Shown piece after piece: positions 9,649-19,381 of a DNA stretch of 64,000 nt. Source of the stretch: an uncultured Methanosarcinales archaeon (GTDB lineage Archaea; Nanobdellota; Nanobdellia; Woesearchaeales; JABIAG01). A program made the translations under genes and the position numbers. Each line of letters opens with the position of its first letter. The stretch's first letter is position 1. A model generated the notes under the pieces. That model searched no databases, had not been told where the DNA came from, and was given only the letters and a program-made list of their open reading frames with translations. The DNA is taken from positions 29,199-93,198 of the forward strand of contig CAZJAJ010000001.1 of NCBI GenBank assembly GCA_964544335.1. The letters run 5' to 3'.

Positions 9649-10146
9649 CTATTCTACGACAAAGCGTGGGTTTGTTTGCGTAATAGTTACAGAGGAATCT
9701 GAACACGTCAGTAATTCATTACCAGAAAGTTCAAGTGGAATAAGCGTTACTTCATACACCCGTTCTACTTCATCACTATTTACAATGGTTTTTACAATTC
9801 CTACATCAAATGGTGCAAGCTGTTGGCTTACTTGCTGTGTGTATCCTTGTGTGTAGTCGTTATTAAAGAATTTGAGTAAGAATCCATCTATTGCAACACC
9901 TTGATTATCTATGGTAACTAATACAGAATTATCTGCAGTCGTGTATTTTACGGTTTTCACACTATAGGAAAGTGCACTACAAGAGCTTTCAGGAAGTCCG
10001 CCTGCTTGCGTAACATAATCTTGACCAAGACTCATGACAATTGATCCAAGTGCTACAGCAACTGCGATAAGAAAAATGGTTGCAATGAGCGGTGATATTC
10101 CTCTATTATTCATGACGTAATCTCTCCTTTTCGTGAAACAATACAC
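9649..10146 (-). CDS. archaeal type IV pilin-like protein (class III signal peptide)
   Basis: MNNRGISPLIATIFLIAVAVALGSIV N-terminus typical of prepilin-peptidase substrates; the likely start is MNNRG. Confidence 0.6.
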   Translation of the reverse strand: MYCFTKRRDYVMNNRGISPLIATIFLIAVAVALGSIVMSLGQDYVTQAGGLPESSCSALSYSVKTVKYTTADNSVLVTIDNQGVAIDGFLLKFFNNDYTQGYTQQVSQQLAPFDVGIVKTIVNSDEVERVYEVTLIPLELSGNELLTCSDSSVTITQTNPRFVVE

Positions 10147-10309
10147 AACCCATTATTAAAGCTGATGCAAAGATGAATGAAAACACGGTTGTTCCCGTTC
10201 CCATAATTGTTCCCACATTAATGTAGGAGTGAAGAGCAAAAAGCCCTATGACAATAATAAAAAAAGAGAGAAGTGTATTATAGTAGTGCCCTCGAATGTG
10301 TCTACTCAT
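10106..10309 (-). CDS. small membrane protein
   Basis: Two hydrophobic segments. Confidence 0.25.
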   Translation of the reverse strand: MSRHIRGHYYNTLLSFFIIVIGLFALHSYINVGTIMGTGTTVFSFIFASALIMGCVLFHEKERLRHE

Positions 10310-10338
10310 TACTTCTCTCCATATTCTTCAACATATTT

Positions 10339-10713
10339 TTACCGTGTACTTGCAAGGTACCAAATGTGCTTTAGTGCAACAATAATCACTGCAGGTACCG
10401 TAAATACTAAAATTTTACCAAAGATACCAATAAGTAGATCACCAATACTTACACCGGCAACCATGCCAACTGATCGTAGTGCAACATCACTCATACCTAG
10501 TGCAGTTGCAATGATAAGTACTGTTGCGGTAAACAAAAAGTCTCTTGTTTCCTCACCCGTAATATTAACAATTCCTACTATAACGCCAAGAAGTACCAAA
10601 ACTGATGTAAGTACTGCTTGAACAGCTGAAGTAAATGCGCCTGCTGCAAGTCCAAGGACTAGAGCGATAACAACACCAACAGCAAAAGAATAATTTCCTA
10701 ATCGTTCATCCAT
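10339..10713 (-). CDS. membrane protein, hypothetical
   Basis: Four predicted TM helices. Confidence 0.35.
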   Translation of the reverse strand: MDERLGNYSFAVGVVIALVLGLAAGAFTSAVQAVLTSVLVLLGVIVGIVNITGEETRDFLFTATVLIIATALGMSDVALRSVGMVAGVSIGDLLIGIFGKILVFTVPAVIIVALKHIWYLASTR

Positions 10714-10817
10714 ATGAGATCACCTCTATTTTTTAGCACAAAGTATCGTATATAAGTATTTATCATCACTCTTGAATAGTTGCACATGTTTAAATAAGCC
10801 GTTTGTAGAGGACAGCC

Positions 10818-12179
10818 ATGGGAATTTTCGGCGCATACGATGTACGAGGTGTTTTTCCGGATCATATCAATCCACACCTTGCAGAAAAAATAGGATTAAC
10901 ATTTCCCGACATTGTCTCTGCTAAAAAAGTATTAGTGGGATACGATGCACGGAAAAGTTCACCAAAACTCTACAATGCACTTATCAGTGGCCTTAAAAAA
11001 AGAGGAGTACATGTATTTACTCTAGGTAAATGTTCAAAACCACAATTTTGTTTTTCAGCATTCTTTTATGAATTTGATGCAAGTATCTACATTACTGCGT
11101 CACACAATCCAAGTAAGTATAATGGGTTTAAGTTTCTTGGAAGAAATGGTGTACAAATTGGATACGACCAAGGTCTCAAAAAATTACAGCGCCTTATTCA
11201 TCAAGGTGTATGGCACGAATCACGACATGATGGTTTAGTAGTTAATTTTGATACAAGCATCGATTACGAAATGTTTCTTGAGCGATATCTTATTCCCAAT
11301 ACAGAAACAAAAGTAGTTATTGATGCACTTAATGGTGCGGGCGATAGGGCTTCAAAGCTCATTGCAAAATATACTACGGCAACACTGCTCAATCAAAAAG
11401 CAGATGGATCATTTCCACAAGGAAATCCAAATCCAACGGTTGCAAGTGTTCGAAAAAAACTAGAAGATACGGTCAAGAAAAAGAAAGCAGATATTGGTAT
11501 TGCCTTTGATGGTGATGCCGACCGTGTTGTGTTTGTAAATGAAAAAGGAAAAGTGATTCCACCTGACTTTATTCTCGCACTTCTCATAGACCATCTTGGT
11601 GAAAAGGGAGATAAAGTTGTTGTTGATGCACTGCTCAGTAAAGTAAATGATGAAGAGTGTAAGAACAATAAAATGAAACTCTACCGAAGTAAAGTTGGCA
11701 CATCATACATGATCCACAATATGAAAAAGAAACGAGCACGTTTTGGTGCTGAGTGGTCAGGACATTTTTACTTTGATGAAATAAATCATACCGATTCAGG
11801 AGTGCTTTGTGCAATTCACGTACTCAACATTATGAAGAACACAAAGAAAAAGATTTCTGAACTCATAAAACCATACGAACGCTACACCATTAGTGAAATG
11901 CACAACTATGAAGTTGCAGATAAAGAAAAAGTCATCAAGATGGTTAATGAAAATTTCAAGGGAAAGAAGAGTACACTTGATGGCCTGAGCGTTGAGACCG
12001 ACACATACAAATTTAATATTCGTCCGTCAAATACTGAACCACTACTCAGGTGCAGAATCGAAGGTAAAAATCAAAAAGAGATGGACAAAGTACTTCGAGA
12101 AATTGACATCATAATTGCAAATGTGGGAAAAGAGGTGAAACATGGCAACAAAAAAACGAGCAAAAGCAAAAAAAAGTAA
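10818..12179 (+). CDS. phosphoglucomutase/phosphomannomutase family (GlmM/ManB-like)
   Basis: Active-site TASHNPSKYNGFK; Mg site FDGDADR; Lys-rich C-terminal tail. Confidence 0.85.
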   Translation: MGIFGAYDVRGVFPDHINPHLAEKIGLTFPDIVSAKKVLVGYDARKSSPKLYNALISGLKKRGVHVFTLGKCSKPQFCFSAFFYEFDASIYITASHNPSKYNGFKFLGRNGVQIGYDQGLKKLQRLIHQGVWHESRHDGLVVNFDTSIDYEMFLERYLIPNTETKVVIDALNGAGDRASKLIAKYTTATLLNQKADGSFPQGNPNPTVASVRKKLEDTVKKKKADIGIAFDGDADRVVFVNEKGKVIPPDFILALLIDHLGEKGDKVVVDALLSKVNDEECKNNKMKLYRSKVGTSYMIHNMKKKRARFGAEWSGHFYFDEINHTDSGVLCAIHVLNIMKNTKKKISELIKPYERYTISEMHNYEVADKEKVIKMVNENFKGKKSTLDGLSVETDTYKFNIRPSNTEPLLRCRIEGKNQKEMDKVLREIDIIIANVGKEVKHGNKKTSKSKKK

Positions 12180-12477
12180 AAAGGCATTTAGCCTAGGTGA
12201 TATTTTCTTTAGAATCGTGCACGAAGGATTTGATGCACTATTTGAGAATGTACGAAGTAAATCATTTGAAGCATTTCCAGTGCTCATGAAAAGTATGGTA
12301 CACAAACTCCTTAAACGATACATCTACATGATGATCCTTGGGTTTGTTGGACTGCTTCTTGTAGGTATTGGTATTGCAGAATATTTAGTACTTAGTGAAG
12401 TGCCAAAATATCTTGCATACATTGCAGTAGGTTTCTTATTTGGACTTATTGGCGTGTGGCAATTTAAGAAAGAATAG
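12142..12477 (+). CDS. small membrane protein
   Basis: Basic N-terminus plus two TM helices. Confidence 0.3.
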   Translation: MATKKRAKAKKSKKAFSLGDIFFRIVHEGFDALFENVRSKSFEAFPVLMKSMVHKLLKRYIYMMILGFVGLLLVGIGIAEYLVLSEVPKYLAYIAVGFLFGLIGVWQFKKE

Positions 12478-12478
12478 A

Positions 12479-12703
12479 TCAGAGCAAATGTAAAAAATCT
12501 TCACGTGTCAATTTGACATCGTGTTTTATTATTTTATTCATAAGTCCACGATCAAGTTTTTCTCCTGGATGATTTGGTACCACTGTGGTTCTTCCATCAG
12601 GATGTGCAAAAAACATATGACTTCCTTTTTGTCGTTTACATACAAAACCTAATCTCATTAATATACTAGAAAATTCTTTTGCTGTAAGTTGAGGCAGTTT
12701 CAC
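12479..12703 (-). CDS. hicA: HicA family toxin (mRNA interferase)
   Basis: LPQLTAKEFSSILMRLGFVCKRQKGSHMFFAHPDGRTTVVPNHPGEKL matches HicA (YcfA-like). Confidence 0.8.
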   Translation of the reverse strand: MKLPQLTAKEFSSILMRLGFVCKRQKGSHMFFAHPDGRTTVVPNHPGEKLDRGLMNKIIKHDVKLTREDFLHLL

Positions 12704-12958
12704 CTATGCTTCAACGTTAATGTTTTTTATAGCAATAAGTGGACGTTTTGGAGTGTGTTCATGCAAACAAAGAGAAATAGCTTCCTTTGTTCTTGCCATG
12801 AGTTCTTTCATACTCTTTGCTTGAGTATGACATCCAGGTATTTCCACTACTTCAGAGAGCAAATAGCCATCTTCGCCCTTTTCTACAAGTACCGTATATC
12901 TTGCCACAGTGTTCATAACGCAGACCTCCTTAAATACATTTCGGAGATATGTCTTCAT
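12704..12958 (-). CDS. hicB: HicB family antitoxin (UPF0150)
   Basis: YTVLVEKGEDGYLLSEVVEIPGCHTQAKSMKELMARTKEAISL matches HicB; abuts hicA. Confidence 0.7.
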   Translation of the reverse strand: MKTYLRNVFKEVCVMNTVARYTVLVEKGEDGYLLSEVVEIPGCHTQAKSMKELMARTKEAISLCLHEHTPKRPLIAIKNINVEA

Positions 12959-13000
12959 AAGTGCTTTTGAGAAAAAATCGGAATATTTTCGAAAAAGTGC

Positions 13001-13396
13001 CTACTCTTTCTTTTTTAGGACTTCTGTTGTACCATCATATTCAATATACACTCGTTCTTGTTGAAGTGCATTGCCAAGACTAGATGCGTATGAACGAAGC
13101 GCTCTGTGAAAATCATCTTTTGGAATTTGAAGAATAGATCGTGGACTCCATGAGAAATTGCATCGATACACGTCTTCAACATATTCATCGTCTCCTGCTC
13201 TTCCAACCAGTGTTCCTTCTTGTACTATGCAAGGAATTACTAGTTCTTGTGCAGTTGATCGCACTTTATTGATCGTAGATAGTTGATAAACAATATCATT
13301 AAGATGATACGTGAAATCCGAATTATAACCTGGTTTTGAACCAAGCGTAACTATTCCAGAAAGTGTTTTACCCTTTGCTTCAGTTTCATAGATCAT
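13001..13396 (-). CDS. hypothetical protein
   Basis: ORF only. Confidence 0.3.
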   Translation of the reverse strand: MIYETEAKGKTLSGIVTLGSKPGYNSDFTYHLNDIVYQLSTINKVRSTAQELVIPCIVQEGTLVGRAGDDEYVEDVYRCNFSWSPRSILQIPKDDFHRALRSYASSLGNALQQERVYIEYDGTTEVLKKKE

Positions 13397-13427
13397 AAGA
13401 ATAAAAATAAAAAGTTAAGAAAAACAT

Positions 13428-13802
13428 CTACTGAACAATCAGCAGACCTTTATTTTCTTCAATACGATTACCGTATCCATACATGCCTGTTTCCACTGCA
13501 TCAACAGTAAATACTGCAGTTGCCGTTGCTGGAATTTCTTCTTCGTGTAGGCCTTCAACAATAAAGATCATGTCTTCATTACCAAGATTACTTACTTCGA
13601 ATTGTACGGTGTCGCCTTGTTGTACAGTGATTTGATCAAGTTCTGGTACGCTATCTTCCATTCTTAGGATGATATGGTGTACTTGACCTTCTGTTTCAAC
13701 ATCAACTACCTGAGCATGTACGCTAGTATCTGCTTCAGGAACGTATTGTGTACTGCAACCTACAGCAAACAATAGTAGTGCTAAAATTAGGAATTGTTTC
13801 AT
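13428..13802 (-). CDS. secreted lipoprotein, hypothetical (possibly cupredoxin-like beta fold)
   Basis: Lipobox LLLFAVGCST. Confidence 0.4.
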   Translation of the reverse strand: MKQFLILALLLFAVGCSTQYVPEADTSVHAQVVDVETEGQVHHIILRMEDSVPELDQITVQQGDTVQFEVSNLGNEDMIFIVEGLHEEEIPATATAVFTVDAVETGMYGYGNRIEENKGLLIVQ

Positions 13803-13916
13803 TAGTATACCCCCGAGTATACATTACAGGAGTGAAAGAACGTTTTTAAAGATTATCCACATGTTTATAGAAGTAAAAGAAATAAACTAGATGTAAAAAT
13901 AGAAAATGAAACGGAT

Positions 13917-14240
13917 CTATACCATTTCAACTTTCTTCAGACGCATACCACCTGCCTGTACTGCGATTCGACCGCACTTTGAACAGGTGTATCTAAAGTC
14001 AGTTTTCTTTGTAAGCTTCTTACCCGTCATCTTAAACTTGGTAATTGCTTTACGTGAGAATCTTCCTCTGTTGCCCATACCAATACCAACACCACGGTGT
14101 CTTAACTGTTGTCTTTTACGGCTACCACTGGTTTGATGGTGTGTTGCATTAAGACCTTTACGCTTTGCTTGAGCGACTTTATGCTCAGTGTGTGTTTTGC
14201 ACTTAAGGCAGTATCGTTTTTGCAATTTAGGAAATTTCAT
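13917..14240 (-). CDS. rpl44e: 50S ribosomal protein L44e
   Basis: KRYCLKCKTHTEHKV ... KKTDFRYTCSKCG zinc-ribbon pattern of L44e. Confidence 0.9.
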   Translation of the reverse strand: MKFPKLQKRYCLKCKTHTEHKVAQAKRKGLNATHHQTSGSRKRQQLRHRGVGIGMGNRGRFSRKAITKFKMTGKKLTKKTDFRYTCSKCGRIAVQAGGMRLKKVEMV

Positions 14241-14275
14241 AATACTATCACGAAAACAGGGTCTATTTATAAAGC

Positions 14276-14896
14276 TTATTCTTTGAGAATACTCACGCAG
14301 CCACGCTTAAGAAGCATATCTGCCATTTTAGAAGGAAAGGTCTCTGTAGCATCTTTTTCATAGGGACCATACATCTGCATATCCTCGCCAGCAAAGGCTT
14401 CTGTTTGTTCAAGGAATTTTACTTCAACTGCATCATCTTCCTCTTCTTGCTGTATCAACTCTTCCTTTGCAGGGGTAGTTAATGGCAACTTGCCAAGGAT
14501 TACGCGTTTTAGTACCTGCTCGCGAGACTTATCAAGGAACATGATACAATCATCATAAAACATTTTCTCTTCAGGAAGGATAAATTCCTCATCTCCAGGA
14601 GAGCGTCCTGTTTTTGAGCGCATAAGTGCCATGTCAACGAGTTTTTTCTCTCGTGTTTCATAGAGTTTGCGAATCAACTTCTTTATGTGGATGATCTGAT
14701 TTTGTGTCTGCTCACTATCGCCAAACATGTCATCATCAGACGCAGATGAGAGAAGCTCTTTCTTTTGCTCAAGGTACGCAATAGTATTTCGATAGAAGTC
14801 TTTGTCAAGCTGCTGTAGCTCACCGCGGCTTTTTTCTCGTCGTACTAACTCAAAGAGTGTTTCGTACGTAATAACTACAGTTCCCCCCTCGTCCAT
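14276..14896 (-). CDS. putative GINS subunit (Gins51/Sld5-like)
   Basis: N-terminal ITYETLFELVRREKSRGELQQLDKDFYRNTIAYLEQ resembles the GINS A-domain; weak. Confidence 0.4.
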   Translation of the reverse strand: MDEGGTVVITYETLFELVRREKSRGELQQLDKDFYRNTIAYLEQKKELLSSASDDDMFGDSEQTQNQIIHIKKLIRKLYETREKKLVDMALMRSKTGRSPGDEEFILPEEKMFYDDCIMFLDKSREQVLKRVILGKLPLTTPAKEELIQQEEEDDAVEVKFLEQTEAFAGEDMQMYGPYEKDATETFPSKMADMLLKRGCVSILKE

Positions 14897-14953
14897 AGCA
14901 TTAAGATAAGAGAGAGGCTATTTAAATTTTTGTGTAGAAATAGAAGAAGGATT

Positions 14954-15457
14954 CTAACTCACCAAAATGGTTCGCTGTAGTGTTCGTGACACTTCCATAA
15001 CAGATCCAGAAGGTAGCGTATAATCTTCAGAGTTTGACATTACAAGAGCACCCTCACGCGTATTCTGGGCACCACTTCCTGCTACCAGCAAAGACTGGTG
15101 ATCTTCAAACGTAAAAAGTTGAATAAGCGCTGTATTTGGCTTAATTGGATCATAGCATGGCAAAGGAAATGCCAGTAGTGCTGCTGCAACACTATTTGCA
15201 CACGGACCACCCACCACCACAAGATCTTGAGCAGTAACATCATTTATTTCAGATGCAAGGACTGCTTCAACAGAACGCGCTTCAAAACTCAAGTATGTTG
15301 CAATATCAACAGCACCAATCGTATCTGATGCAGCTGCTTGATCGCCCACTACAATCTTAATATCCTTACCTGCAAAGAAGTTGGGGTATTCTGAAAGTGT
15401 GCTTGCAAGTGCGCCTGGCACCAGTACAAGAATCAGTAAAGCAACTAACCATTTCAT
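14954..15457 (-). CDS. small S-layer-domain protein (S_layer_N plus S_layer_C, no central region)
   Basis: N-terminus LSEYPNFF..IVVGDQAAASDTIGAVDIATYL and C-terminus VVVGGPCANSVAAALL parallel the ends of the adjacent large S-layer protein. Confidence 0.55.
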   Translation of the reverse strand: MKWLVALLILVLVPGALASTLSEYPNFFAGKDIKIVVGDQAAASDTIGAVDIATYLSFEARSVEAVLASEINDVTAQDLVVVGGPCANSVAAALLAFPLPCYDPIKPNTALIQLFTFEDHQSLLVAGSGAQNTREGALVMSNSEDYTLPSGSVMEVSRTLQRTILVS

Positions 15458-15545
15458 GAAATAAATAGAAAAGAAGAGCTATATAAGTTTTTTGTGTCAG
15501 AAAAATTGTTTAGAAAAGAGAAAAAAAAAGAAAAAAGAATCAACC

Positions 15546-18059
15546 TTATACGGTTGATACTTGGATGTTGGTAAAGTCTGTACCAGTTACTACAACTTCT
15601 TCACCACTTAGGGTGTAGTCATCATAGTTAGCTAGAACACGTGCAGCTCTTCTGGTATCCATTGCGCCGTACCCGTTAACGAGTAGAGCAACATTTTCTC
15701 CATATTCCTTAAGGGAAACAACTGCTGTGTTTTCTTCTGGTGCACCTTCTAGACAGTTACTTGCTGTAACGCCAAGGAACTCTGCAGCTTTAGCGTTAGC
15801 ACAAGGACCACCTACAACAATGGTGTTTTGACTTTCGAAACTTCCAACTTCACTTGCAAGCTTAGCTGTACCAACTTCGATCTTCTGAACGTTTACACTT
15901 TCAGCTGATTGAGCAGTTACAACGTTAGCACCTACAGGACTAATGAATACATTAGCATATAGTTCGTCACCAGGGAAGGTGAGAACTAGACTTCTCTTGT
16001 CTTCATCATCGTGTACAACTTTTGTACCGTAGTCGGAGTAGTATAACTGATCATCGTCGTTAGAGTCTGAAAAGTCTACTGAACCGTAGGTTGCATCACT
16101 AAATACAGGTGTTCGAACATTCAGTTCTTCATCATCACTGATATCTCTAGTAATGTTAAAGCTGATAGTTCCTCGGGAATCATCTGCACCACTACCGTCG
16201 GTATCACCGTCGCTTTCATCGAAAACAAATTTGAAGGTTGAGTTTCCGTCAATGATGGTGTTGTTGTTAGCACCATTATTTGTACCGTTTCTCTCAATAC
16301 TTAATAGACCTTCATACATGGTTTCCATGTCGTCTCCAAGATTGATGATGTCATCACCAGAATCACTGTGTGTAAAGTTCAGGGACTCGTGACCAATGGT
16401 TAAGTATACATTTGCACCACCAGCAGGTAGGTCTAATGCATCTACAGCACCATCAGGTGTAAAGTCTTCAGTCTTTTCTCCACCGTATGTGATATCTTTC
16501 AAGGTTGTTTCGTTGTCGTTCACATCAATGTCAGAGATTTCAATAACGTGTACTTCATCTCCTTCATTTACAAGGAATCGAGCGCCTTCACAATCTTGTA
16601 CATCACTACTTGCAGGAGCACAACTGTCACCTTCAAAGTAGTATTGTTCATCATCATCTGAATCTGTACCGAAGTAGATGTTATCGTTTGTTGCATCACA
16701 GCTTCCGTCACAGAAGAATGGTAGAACAATTTCTTTACCATCTGAGTTCATGAAGGTTACTGTAAAGTCATCTCCACTTACATCAGCAGTAACTACGTCT
16801 TCTTTAGCAACAAGGCTAGCAAAGGTAATTTCCCAATTTCCAAGAACAGGGTCTGCCCATGTGTCGCCAGGACCTAAGTAGATTTCATCTTCAGGTTCGT
16901 ACCAGATACTGAATTCTTCAAGTGCACCAGCACTACCAATGAATTCAACTTCTGAACCGTCAACTTCTTTACCGTTGATTTCTACTTCGTCACCTTCTTT
17001 TAAGGTAATTTCAGTTGCACCAAGGTTAACTTCACAAACATCGGTATCTTGAGCTTCACTGTGTACAGAGATAGCTTCAGTTACACCAACTTCAACACCA
17101 TTGATAGTTTCAGAACTACCTGTGTCAAGCCATTCTAGTGAACCATCAATTAAGATACCACACTTGTCTTCGTTTTCGTTTACATCAACGAGTTCAACTT
17201 CGTGTTCTTCACCACCGATAATTCGGGTAATTGGGTTATCTTGTTCAAGCCATACGGTTGTGTCACCAGCTTGTAGTTTTAGTTCACTAATTACACTGCT
17301 TGATAATTTTACATTAACAATAGTGTAGGTATTACCTTGGATATCGATCTTTGCAGTTTCGAAATCGTCTTCAGCAGTACTATCACTGGTTGAGTCGTAG
17401 TCAACTTCGTTGTCAAACTCAAGTGTATAATTGTACATCATAGCACTGTTGTCAGTAAAGAGATATAGACCACCATCTGGAGCGTCACTATCATCCTGAT
17501 CTAGCTGAAGTGTACCTGCAGCAGAACCCCAAGTAATTTCTTGGTCGTACTGTTCATCGTTGTCATTTGAACCTTCACTTTCGTCGAATACACCATCACC
17601 GAGAACGGTTGGTAATTCTGAGTTGTCAACATCGCCTTCGATACTTGCGAATGCTTCACCAATATTTAGGTCGTTACCTGAACTTCCTAGGCTTGAACCA
17701 TCGGAAATAGTTACAACAGCACCTGAACCGCTTGAAGCAGTTGTGGAACTGAATTGTAGACCAGTTGCAATATCAATAGCACCAAGAGTATCGGAACTAA
17801 TAGCGTTGTCACCTAATACGATTACACCGTTAAATACACCATCTTGAATTACAAGAGGACTTGGGTAATCACTCAAATCTGCAGCCACTGCACCCATCAC
17901 AGTTGCACCAAGCATTGATGCACCAAGACCGATTGCAGCAACCTTTTTGATTGCCTTTCTTACTTTCATTGTTTTAAACACCTCCGTGTTATGCTTCATG
18001 AATTTTTCATGAAACAAGTTGCGTCCACCTCTGAACGCACATATGTACCAACAGCACAT
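15546..18059 (-). CDS. S-layer protein (archaeal S_layer_N/S_layer_C type), highly acidic
   Basis: Signal peptide MKVRKAIKKVAAIGLGASMLGATVMGAVAA; LSDYPSPLV..SSDTLGAIDIATGL N-domain; C-terminal IVVGGPCANAKAAEFLGV; D/E-rich. The likely start is the internal MKVRK at about 17969. Confidence 0.7.
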   Translation of the reverse strand: MCCWYICAFRGGRNLFHEKFMKHNTEVFKTMKVRKAIKKVAAIGLGASMLGATVMGAVAADLSDYPSPLVIQDGVFNGVIVLGDNAISSDTLGAIDIATGLQFSSTTASSGSGAVVTISDGSSLGSSGNDLNIGEAFASIEGDVDNSELPTVLGDGVFDESEGSNDNDEQYDQEITWGSAAGTLQLDQDDSDAPDGGLYLFTDNSAMMYNYTLEFDNEVDYDSTSDSTAEDDFETAKIDIQGNTYTIVNVKLSSSVISELKLQAGDTTVWLEQDNPITRIIGGEEHEVELVDVNENEDKCGILIDGSLEWLDTGSSETINGVEVGVTEAISVHSEAQDTDVCEVNLGATEITLKEGDEVEINGKEVDGSEVEFIGSAGALEEFSIWYEPEDEIYLGPGDTWADPVLGNWEITFASLVAKEDVVTADVSGDDFTVTFMNSDGKEIVLPFFCDGSCDATNDNIYFGTDSDDDEQYYFEGDSCAPASSDVQDCEGARFLVNEGDEVHVIEISDIDVNDNETTLKDITYGGEKTEDFTPDGAVDALDLPAGGANVYLTIGHESLNFTHSDSGDDIINLGDDMETMYEGLLSIERNGTNNGANNNTIIDGNSTFKFVFDESDGDTDGSGADDSRGTISFNITRDISDDEELNVRTPVFSDATYGSVDFSDSNDDDQLYYSDYGTKVVHDDEDKRSLVLTFPGDELYANVFISPVGANVVTAQSAESVNVQKIEVGTAKLASEVGSFESQNTIVVGGPCANAKAAEFLGVTASNCLEGAPEENTAVVSLKEYGENVALLVNGYGAMDTRRAARVLANYDDYTLSGEEVVVTGTDFTNIQVSTV

Positions 18060-18359
18060 TTAAAGACTGCATCGGTTTGAACCGAGTACAATTCTTCTGT
18101 GCTGTTAGCACAATAGTAGAACAATAACTCCAAGAGTGCTTTATAAACTTTTCGCAAACAATAGGGTCTAAAATAGGGCACAATGCAGGACAAAAGGTAT
18201 ATCTGCAAAATACCCAAAATATAGACGTTCATCACTATTGGATAGTACACTCAAAAGACCCACTTCTTAACAGAATCCTTTATAAACCACAACAATTAAG
18301 TTTATAAAGAGGGAGCAGTATCTGCACGATATTGATCAAATACGATCAAATACCTTTGC

Positions 18360-18443
18360 GCGGGGTTGCCGGAGTGGTCAAACGGGATAGGTTTAGGCCC
18401 TATTAGCTTAGTGCTTACGCAGGTTCGAATCCTGTGCCTCGCA
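18360..18443 (+). tRNA. tRNA-Leu (anticodon UAG), class II with long variable arm
   Basis: Hand-folded cloverleaf: acceptor GCGGGGT/GCCTCGC, 3-bp D stem, anticodon stem ATAGG/CCTAT with loop TTTAGGC, variable arm AGC-TTAGT-GCT, T loop TTCGAAT, discriminator A; no encoded CCA. Confidence 0.85.
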
Positions 18444-18454
18444 TTCTTTATTTT

Positions 18455-18620
18455 TATGAGCTTGAGCGTAGCGAAACTCATCTTGGTGTGCAACTGACAA
18501 TGCAGTGCTTCTGGATCCTGTGCCTCGCATATTTCTTTTTTATTCGTACTACCGAGCATTTAGCGAAGGTGTACAAGGTGTGAAGTGACTTAGCACTTCT
18601 GCCTAGCATTCTTTATCTTT
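18455..18620 (+). repeat. two degenerate tandem copies (~85 bp each) of the tRNA-Leu 3' region
   Basis: 16-nt exact repeat atcctgtgcctcgcat at 18429-18444 and 18515-18530; 17/17 with one mismatch tgcct(c/a)gcattctttat at 18434-18450 and 18599-18615; shared internal tagcgaa...ggtgtg blocks. Confidence 0.6.
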
Positions 18621-18624
18621 AACA

Positions 18625-19329
18625 TCATATGCTCTTTCTCAATAATAATCTAAGAAGTCTTCTCATCTCATGCACAATATACCATGCCACATCACAAAAA
18701 AAATGCATACTACTCATTGGACGTACTTTATTTTTTACTCTGCCTTGCTTTATCGACGAGATGACTGCACCAATAGCAAGATCTGCATCAATAACACAAT
18801 ACTGCCTACCAAAGTTACGCAAGATATGCAAATCTGTTGTTGCAACCAAGGGTTTTCTGAGCACATGTGATGATGCAACCGCATGTTTGTTTGGATTATA
18901 CCACCGCGTGTGAAGTGAACAATACTCAATAGCATCAAAGAGATCCTCATGCTCGATAAATACATCCCGTAAACAAGTAGAACCAGGGTAGAATACATGT
19001 GGTGCAATAACTAAATGATGATCTTGTTTTAGCTTTCTTAAATCTGAAAATGAATTGATGTTTCTTAATTCCTCATCGAAAAAATTATACAGAAGCACAT
19101 GTTTTCCTTCAATGGTCTTTTCAATACCTGGAATGAGTAAAATACCCCTCTTTTTTGCATAAGATTGTAGGGTCAAAGGGTAAAACAATTGATCATGAAA
19201 CGTAAAAGAAAGAACCCGATATCCCCTTTTTGCTGCACGATCAATAACATCTTTTGCACGATACGATACAAGATCAACGACATCTTCTTTTGCATGCACA
19301 TGCAAATCAGCTTTCAATGCTCTTGACAT
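18625..19329 (-). CDS. PHP domain metal-dependent phosphoesterase
   Basis: N-terminal DLHVHAKED... and further His/Asp positions typical of the PHP family. Confidence 0.7.
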   Translation of the reverse strand: MSRALKADLHVHAKEDVVDLVSYRAKDVIDRAAKRGYRVLSFTFHDQLFYPLTLQSYAKKRGILLIPGIEKTIEGKHVLLYNFFDEELRNINSFSDLRKLKQDHHLVIAPHVFYPGSTCLRDVFIEHEDLFDAIEYCSLHTRWYNPNKHAVASSHVLRKPLVATTDLHILRNFGRQYCVIDADLAIGAVISSIKQGRVKNKVRPMSSMHFFCDVAWYIVHEMRRLLRLLLRKSI

Positions 19330-19381
19330 TACCGACGTGAATTACATAATACTTAAATAGGTAATGAACGAGTAATCAATT

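Noticed and set aside
18360-18530. Possibility of an intron-containing or split tRNA
   Set aside because: The first copy folds into a complete canonical class II cloverleaf without an insertion. The downstream copies lack a 5' half and a T-loop, so they are remnants rather than split-gene halves.
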